Positions 59,041 through 64,000 of a stretch of 64,000 nucleotides of DNA are shown here, one piece after another. Where the stretch lies: NCBI GenBank assembly GCA_047285305.1, contig JBJBDL010000003.1, positions 1,728,001-1,792,000 on the forward strand, in the 5' to 3' direction. Positions within the stretch are counted from its first letter, which is position 1. Each line of letters starts with the position of its first letter. A program made the position numbers and the translations under genes. The notes under the pieces are model-generated. The model had not been told where the DNA came from. It saw only the letters and a list, made by a program, of their open reading frames with translations, and searched no databases. Source of the stretch: Synechococcus sp. GTDB taxonomy: Bacteria > Cyanobacteriota > Cyanobacteriia > PCC-6307 > Cyanobiaceae.

Positions 59041-59087
59041 GCCGGTCTGTCAACATCTGAGCCAGTCCCTTTTGCACAACAGCCGCC

Positions 59088-59336
59088 ATGGTGCATCCGG
59101 ATGCCGTTGAAGCCGCGATCCAACAGGTCATTCCCGACGCCAACGTCAACGTTGAAGACCTTACCGGTGGCGGTGATCACCTCCAGGTGACGGTGGTGTC
59201 ATCCGCTTTTGCAGGCCTTTCACGCATCCGTCAGCATCAAATGGTGTACGGCGCGCTGCAGCAGGAATTGGCCAGCGAAGCGATTCACGCCCTCGCCCTC
59301 AACACCTCAACCCCTTCGGACGCTGTGTCCGCTTAA
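59088..59336 (+). CDS. bolA: BolA family protein
   Basis: [19 protein letters not shown] and IHAL motifs. Confidence 0.93.
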   Translation: MVHPDAVEAAIQQVIPDANVNVEDLTGGGDHLQVTVVSSAFAGLSRIRQHQMVYGALQQELASEAIHALALNTSTPSDAVSA

Positions 59337-59355
59337 CGCCAACTCACGCTCAACG

Positions 59356-59679
59356 ATGGACCCTTCCACCAAAGCTCGCATCGAAACTCTGGTCGCTTCC
59401 AGCCCAATCTTCGTATTCATGAAGGGCTCCAAGCTGATGCCCCAGTGCGGATTCTCAAACAATGTGGTGCAGATCCTGCACTCCCTCGGTGTGGCATTCG
59501 AGACATTTGACGTTCTCTCTGATCCAGAGATTCGTCAGGGAATCAAAGACTTTTCCAGCTGGCCCACCATCCCCCAGGTGTACGTGAAAGGGGAATTCAT
59601 CGGCGGCTCGGACATCCTGATCGAGATGTACAACTCCGGCGAACTTCGTGAAACGCTGGAAATCGCTCTCGCCAGTTAA
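59356..59679 (+). CDS. grxD: Monothiol glutaredoxin (CGFS type)
   Basis: FMKG, PQCGFS, WPTIPQ and GGSDI motifs; adjacent to bolA. Confidence 0.96.
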   Translation: MDPSTKARIETLVASSPIFVFMKGSKLMPQCGFSNNVVQILHSLGVAFETFDVLSDPEIRQGIKDFSSWPTIPQVYVKGEFIGGSDILIEMYNSGELRETLEIALAS

Positions 59680-59680
59680 C

Positions 59681-59953
59681 TCAATAGCCCTGGGGATGGC
59701 GCATATACAAGGTGCTCACATCCCCGTCAGGGCCGACAAAGCTGGAGGGATCCAGGATCCAGCGATCGATCAATTGTTCGAGGCGATGCTGAGAGCGGGG
59801 ATCAAGCGATCCTGACTTTCGCAACGCATGCAGGTAGCCGTCGGAATACAGCCGCAGCTCCGACGGAGTGTGATATCTCGTCGTCAGCTCCTGACAGGCA
59901 TCGCAGAGCGATTGGAAATGTCGGATGGCTTCAGGGTCGTCGAGTGATGTCAT
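59681..59953 (-). CDS. Conserved cyanobacterial hypothetical protein
   Basis: AIRHFQSLCD...LRLYSDGYLHAL. Confidence 0.75.
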   Translation of the reverse strand: MTSLDDPEAIRHFQSLCDACQELTTRYHTPSELRLYSDGYLHALRKSGSLDPRSQHRLEQLIDRWILDPSSFVGPDGDVSTLYMRHPQGY

Positions 59954-60027
59954 GAGATACAACAGCAGCCCCTGCTACCAGCCTGCCAGGAATTTCGGCT
60001 TAGCGTAGGCGTGCCCGGGCCGATCCA

Positions 60028-60795
60028 GTGACCTCCACTCCCCACGACCTCACGGCGGAAGCATCTGCAGCCAGCTCCGATCCGGTGGTGATGCCAAGCG
60101 CAAGCATCGGTCAGGAACCCCCGCGAGTGTTGGTGGTCGAGCCGCACCCAACCCTGCGCACGGTGCTAGTTCAGCGGCTGCGTCAGGACGGTCACCTCAC
60201 CGCAGCAGTGGCCAATGCCGCTGAAGCCTTGGAGGTCTGTCAGGAACAGTCACCCGATCTCCTGGTGAGCGCGGAACTGCTGGAGCGCAGTTCCGCGCTG
60301 CGCTTATCTGAACAGCTGCGTTGCCCTGTGATTGTTCTGACCGCGCGGGCCGGCGCCGAGCCGGTGGTAGGCCTGCTTGATGACGGTGCCGATGATGTCC
60401 TGCGCAAACCCTTTGGCCTCGAGGAACTGGCAGCCCGCTGCCGCACCCTGCTCAAGCGTGGTCACAGTGGCCTGCAGGAGCGGGTCACAGTTGGTCCGCT
60501 GGAGGTTCATCTGCTGCTGCGCCAGGTGACGCTGCGGGAGCAGCCGGTGGAGCTCAGCCCCCGCGAATTTGCCCTGCTTTGCGCCCTGTTGATGCCGCCT
60601 GGGCTGGTGCGCAGCCGACAGGAACTGCTGCGGATGGCCTGGCCTCCCTTCAGCGGCGGTCCCCGTTCGGTGGACACTCAGGTGCTGACCCTGCGGCGCA
60701 AGCTGGAGCAGGCCGGACTTGGCGAGGGCGGTGGAATCACCACCGTGCGGCAGCGAGGTTACCGCTTCAGCCTCGACAATCTGCCTACCAGCTGA
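60028..60795 (+). CDS. Orphan OmpR-family response regulator with an atypical receiver
   Basis: GADDVLRKPF and winged helix (LSPREF, RSVDTQV, TVRQRGYRF); acidic pocket degenerate. Confidence 0.88.
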   Translation: MTSTPHDLTAEASAASSDPVVMPSASIGQEPPRVLVVEPHPTLRTVLVQRLRQDGHLTAAVANAAEALEVCQEQSPDLLVSAELLERSSALRLSEQLRCPVIVLTARAGAEPVVGLLDDGADDVLRKPFGLEELAARCRTLLKRGHSGLQERVTVGPLEVHLLLRQVTLREQPVELSPREFALLCALLMPPGLVRSRQELLRMAWPPFSGGPRSVDTQVLTLRRKLEQAGLGEGGGITTVRQRGYRFSLDNLPTS

Positions 60796-61206
60796 ATCAA
60801 GTGGATTCATTCCAGTCAGAGACTGGAATTCTGGGGTCAGGGCCAATCAACACAACTCCGTAGCAACCTTGCTGCTCAAGCCCTTTGAAGATCCCTTAAT
60901 TCGTCTTTTGATGACGCAGGGCCTGCTTCAGCTGAGCCTCTTTGGTCGGGACCAAATGGTGCGAGGTCACCCAACCCAATTCACATAGGTTATTCACGCA
61001 AACCTTGAGCTGAACCGTTCCGCAAGGGAGGTTGGTCAGTTCGGTTGTCATCCGATTGGAACAACTGCGTCAATTTCAACGTCTGAGCGACCCATGGCAA
61101 CGCCAGACTTCTGGACAAAATCAAGAGTTGTTTGCAGGAACGTCTTGATTGCTTGGTCAGCGCAGCCGGGTCAACATGGCGCTGTCGACACCCGGGAGCC
61201 CCCGCC

Positions 61207-61344
61207 GTGATCGGATTAACCAGGCTGTATTGCAACCAGGGAGAGAGATTTCTCCTCATCGATGTTGCCTCTGAAGAGGCTTCGAAAAGGGCTGAAGAGC
61301 TGCTCAACGACGGCTGGGAGATCGAAGCGGCAATACCGGTCTGA
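61207..61344 (+). CDS. Small hypothetical protein (45 aa)
   Basis: GTG start after GGGAG; MIGLTRLYCNQGERFLLIDVASEEASKRAEELLNDGWEIEAAIPV. Confidence 0.6.
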   Translation: MIGLTRLYCNQGERFLLIDVASEEASKRAEELLNDGWEIEAAIPV

Positions 61345-61667
61345 CGCGGGGAAGCGTTTCACGTCCGGATTTGAAGGCCCTTTGAGACGACAGCCCTGGA
61401 ATGGGGGAGTTGTTCTTAGAGAGGGACGGAGATGGTGTGCTCAGAGAGGAGAACACCATGCTTCCAATGCTCACCATCGCCCATATGCAATTGGATTGCT
61501 GATGCCTGCCGAGGGCGTCTTTGAAACAGGCTGAAAGCCATACAAGACTCGTAAAGAGAGAGCAGGGGGCGCTGATTACCGCCATCCATCTCCCGACCAA
61601 ACCTCACACACTCCAACTCCACCCCGTCAGCCCTTGAGGAGTTTTCTGCTGAAAGAAACAGCTCTGA

Positions 61668-62222
61668 TCAACCTAGATAACCCGCCGGCAAACTGATCCA
61701 GCCCCGGGCCAGTGCCAGAGACGTGACCAGTTCGCCGGCGATCATCACCACGGCCAATCCAGCCAAGAGCTGATACGTCCAGGGCGGGGTCAGACGCCCG
61801 ATGCCCTTTGTCGACACATGGGTATTGGCGGCCAGCAGCTCCAAGAATCGATCAAAGCGCTCGATGCGTTGCGGCAAGAGTTGGTGGCGCAGATCTGCTG
61901 ACTTCACGTAATACACCGTTCCCCCCTGACTGGTGCCAACGGGAACCAGGGCCCGAATATCCTGCCAACGCATGGACCAGCCGCGCCGCAGCAACCAGCG
62001 GATCCAGGCGGGGTAACGCACCTGAATGCCTTCGGCATCGGTCTCCACTCGTTCACTCAACAGACCGATCACCAAAATCAAGCCCAACAGCAACCCTGCC
62101 ACCATCAGCAAGCGCGACTCCGCAGGGGCCAGCAATGGCAAAGGCAGTACCAAGGCCCCATAAAGGCTGAGCAGGGTGAAGCGGATCAGGGCCGATAACC
62201 CGAAACGTTCGATGCCGTTCAT
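61668..62222 (-). CDS. Conserved membrane protein (TM-TM-soluble-TM)
   Basis: LSALIRFTLLSLY.ALVLPLP, GWSMRW and GGTVYY motifs. Confidence 0.75.
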   Translation of the reverse strand: MNGIERFGLSALIRFTLLSLYGALVLPLPLLAPAESRLLMVAGLLLGLILVIGLLSERVETDAEGIQVRYPAWIRWLLRRGWSMRWQDIRALVPVGTSQGGTVYYVKSADLRHQLLPQRIERFDRFLELLAANTHVSTKGIGRLTPPWTYQLLAGLAVVMIAGELVTSLALARGWISLPAGYLG

Positions 62223-62503
62223 CGGTCGTCTGGAGAACCCGGCAGCGGTTCAATCAGTTCAGAGGGTTGGTAGGTGCCACCAAACACCTCCTGTTCACGC
62301 CCCTTCCAGAACTGACCGAGCCGCATCAGATCGGCATGGGCCTCCTGCACCTTCTCGAGGTACAGCTGAGGATCCATCGAGTCCTTGGCTTCCTTGAGCT
62401 TCGTGAGCCGCAGCATCTGCAGATTCCAGGGTTTTGTCAGCTCGCCCCTCTGCTCGAGATAGCGGGCCAGATCGTCCGACGACGGCTGAAACTCAGGCGG
62501 CAT
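62219..62503 (-). CDS. Conserved cyanobacterial hypothetical protein
   Basis: KPWNLQMLRL..LKE and LGQFWKGRE..VF motifs; overlaps the start of the downstream gene. Confidence 0.75.
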   Translation of the reverse strand: MPPEFQPSSDDLARYLEQRGELTKPWNLQMLRLTKLKEAKDSMDPQLYLEKVQEAHADLMRLGQFWKGREQEVFGGTYQPSELIEPLPGSPDDR

Positions 62504-62538
62504 CCCAGCTCCTATGGACCATCACGCTAGGAAGAAAA

Positions 62539-64000
62539 TCAGGCCGGCAGGGCCCAGGGGTTCAGGCCGAGGTCGGCCCCAACCCGATGGGCACAGGCAA
62601 ACCCACTGAAGGCAACAGCGTTGAGTCCCTGCCCGGGGAAACAGGAATCACCCACGCAGTAGAGGTTTTTCAATCCCGTGCGGTTGAACGGCATAGGCAG
62701 CAGTCCCGGCAATTGCATCGCCGGAATCGGACCGTAACTGCCCTGAAAGCGACCCAGAAAACGCCGGTGGCTGCGGGGCGTACCGATCTCCTTGTGGGTG
62801 ATGGCATCGGCCAGGCCGGGAAGGATCGACTCCAGGCGCCGGATCAACCGTGCCGCATCCGCCTCCTTTTTTTCGCGGTACTGGCTGGGGGTCAGTCCTT
62901 GCCAGGCCTCCATCGATGAGGGCGTGAAGGTGTGAACGATGTGATGCCCCGCCGGGGCTAGATCCGGATCCAGAAGTGAGGGCATCGACACAAAGATCAC
63001 CCCCTGTTCGTCCTCCATCCGGTTCCAGTCTTCGAGCAGGAGGTGATGGCAGTGGGTGCCGGCCGGAATCAGGTCAGCCCGAACCCCCAGATGCAGCGAC
63101 AGGAACGAGGGGGAAGGCACATAACGCTTGCGCCAGAACTGCTCTTTGCCCGGCGTGTGGGCGGCATCCACCAGGGATTGGCCAGAGCGGCGCTGATCAT
63201 CACCCGCTCCCGAAAAGGTGTCCCAGCGGGTTGCATTGGAGATCACACGCTTGGCGCTGATGACCTCGCCATCGGCCAGCTTCACGCCAACCGCCTGATC
63301 GTTCTCGATCAACACCTCGGTGACTCGGGTCTTGTAGCGAATGGCGCCGCCATGACGCTCCAATCCCTTCACAAGCTTTTCGGCGATCACGCCGACGCCT
63401 CCTTTGGGGTAGTTGATCCCGCCCGCATGCCGATCGGAAAACACCATGCCGGCATTGATCATCGGCGTGCGATCCGCCGGCATCACCGACCAGCAGAAGC
63501 ACTCGATGTCGATGAACTTGAGCAGCTGCTCGTCCTTAATGTGTTCGCGGGCCACCGCACCGACATTGAATGGCAGCCAGCGGGCCAGCCCCAGACAGGC
63601 CAGTGGTGCCTTGAAGAACACCTTGGTGAGGTAAGCCGGATCCTCCAGCGAGAGAAGCGGCATGGCATCGAGACAATTGAACACCTGCCAGCAGGTGTCG
63701 TAGAAGCGGCGGATTCCCTTCGCCTCATGGGGGAACCGCGCCGTGAGATCGGCGATGAACTGCTCGTAGTCACGATCCACGGCGATGCGCAGCCCATCGG
63801 GCATGTGGTATTCGAGCTGGGCGGGGTCGGGGATGGTGTCGCAGTGCTCCCCCACATCAGCTAGGGCCCGGGTGAGCAGGTTGGTGAAACCCTTCTTGCC
63901 GAAGCCGAAGATCATCGAGGCCCCCACATCGAAGGTGTAGCCCTCGCGTTTGAAGGCACCACCACTTCCTCCAGGAATCAGATACCGCTCCAAGACGAGG
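62539..64000 (-). CDS. crtH: Carotenoid isomerase CrtH/CRTISO (5' end outside the window)
   Basis: ERYLIPGGSGG, FDVGASMIFG, FIDIECFCWS, INYPKGG and CVGDSCFPGQGLNAVAFSG motifs. Confidence 0.93.
   Translation of the reverse strand, partial: LVLERYLIPGGSGGAFKREGYTFDVGASMIFGFGKKGFTNLLTRALADVGEHCDTIPDPAQLEYHMPDGLRIAVDRDYEQFIADLTARFPHEAKGIRRFYDTCWQVFNCLDAMPLLSLEDPAYLTKVFFKAPLACLGLARWLPFNVGAVAREHIKDEQLLKFIDIECFCWSVMPADRTPMINAGMVFSDRHAGGINYPKGGVGVIAEKLVKGLERHGGAIRYKTRVTEVLIENDQAVGVKLADGEVISAKRVISNATRWDTFSGAGDDQRRSGQSLVDAAHTPGKEQFWRKRYVPSPSFLSLHLGVRADLIPAGTHCHHLLLEDWNRMEDEQGVIFVSMPSLLDPDLAPAGHHIVHTFTPSSMEAWQGLTPSQYREKKEADAARLIRRLESILPGLADAITHKEIGTPRSHRRFLGRFQGSYGPIPAMQLPGLLPMPFNRTGLKNLYCVGDSCFPGQGLNAVAFSGFACAHRVGADLGLNPWALPA

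Noticed and set aside
60796..61206. Short ORFs in the intergenic region after the response regulator (e.g. 60990..61307 minus, 61094..61210 plus)
   Set aside because: They show no motifs or clear RBS; the stretch looks more like promoter DNA.
1..64000. HIP1 (GCGATCGC) repeats, CRISPR arrays, IS/integrases, tRNA/rRNA, defence systems
   Set aside because: Only scattered GCGATCGC sites were noticed. I recognised no repeat-spacer array, transposase, integrase, structural RNA gene or defence-gene motif by eye.

Overview
This is a GC-rich core-genome segment of a marine picocyanobacterium, most likely marine Synechococcus. The evidence is psbP, ycf54, crtH, dvr/bciA, the lysA-cdaA-uppS-bioB cluster and recC/B/D. 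Most of the window is ordinary housekeeping genes: prs, malQ, rluB-like, phoBR, ABC1 kinase, cdsA, clpC, lipA, recR, deaD, pdxJ, plsC and bolA-grxD. The most unusual region is 1.4-8.8 kb. It holds a Cys-motif permease trio (DUF318, TIGR03943-like and an exported protein). This trio converges on a lower-GC znuA operon that carries a His-rich, probably outer-membrane beta-barrel protein. A clear Zur-type palindrome lies between the divergent znuA and znuCB genes, and small membrane or phage-like ORFs follow. Other notable points: an LCP gene that looks intact in the ORF track but has a premature stop and two compensating frameshifts, an antisense insertion between recC and recB, several small ORFs below the ORF-track cutoff, and structured leaders or sRNA candidates. 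No rRNA, tRNA, CRISPR array, transposase or integrase was recognised. All family assignments come from motif recognition by eye; no database searches were run.
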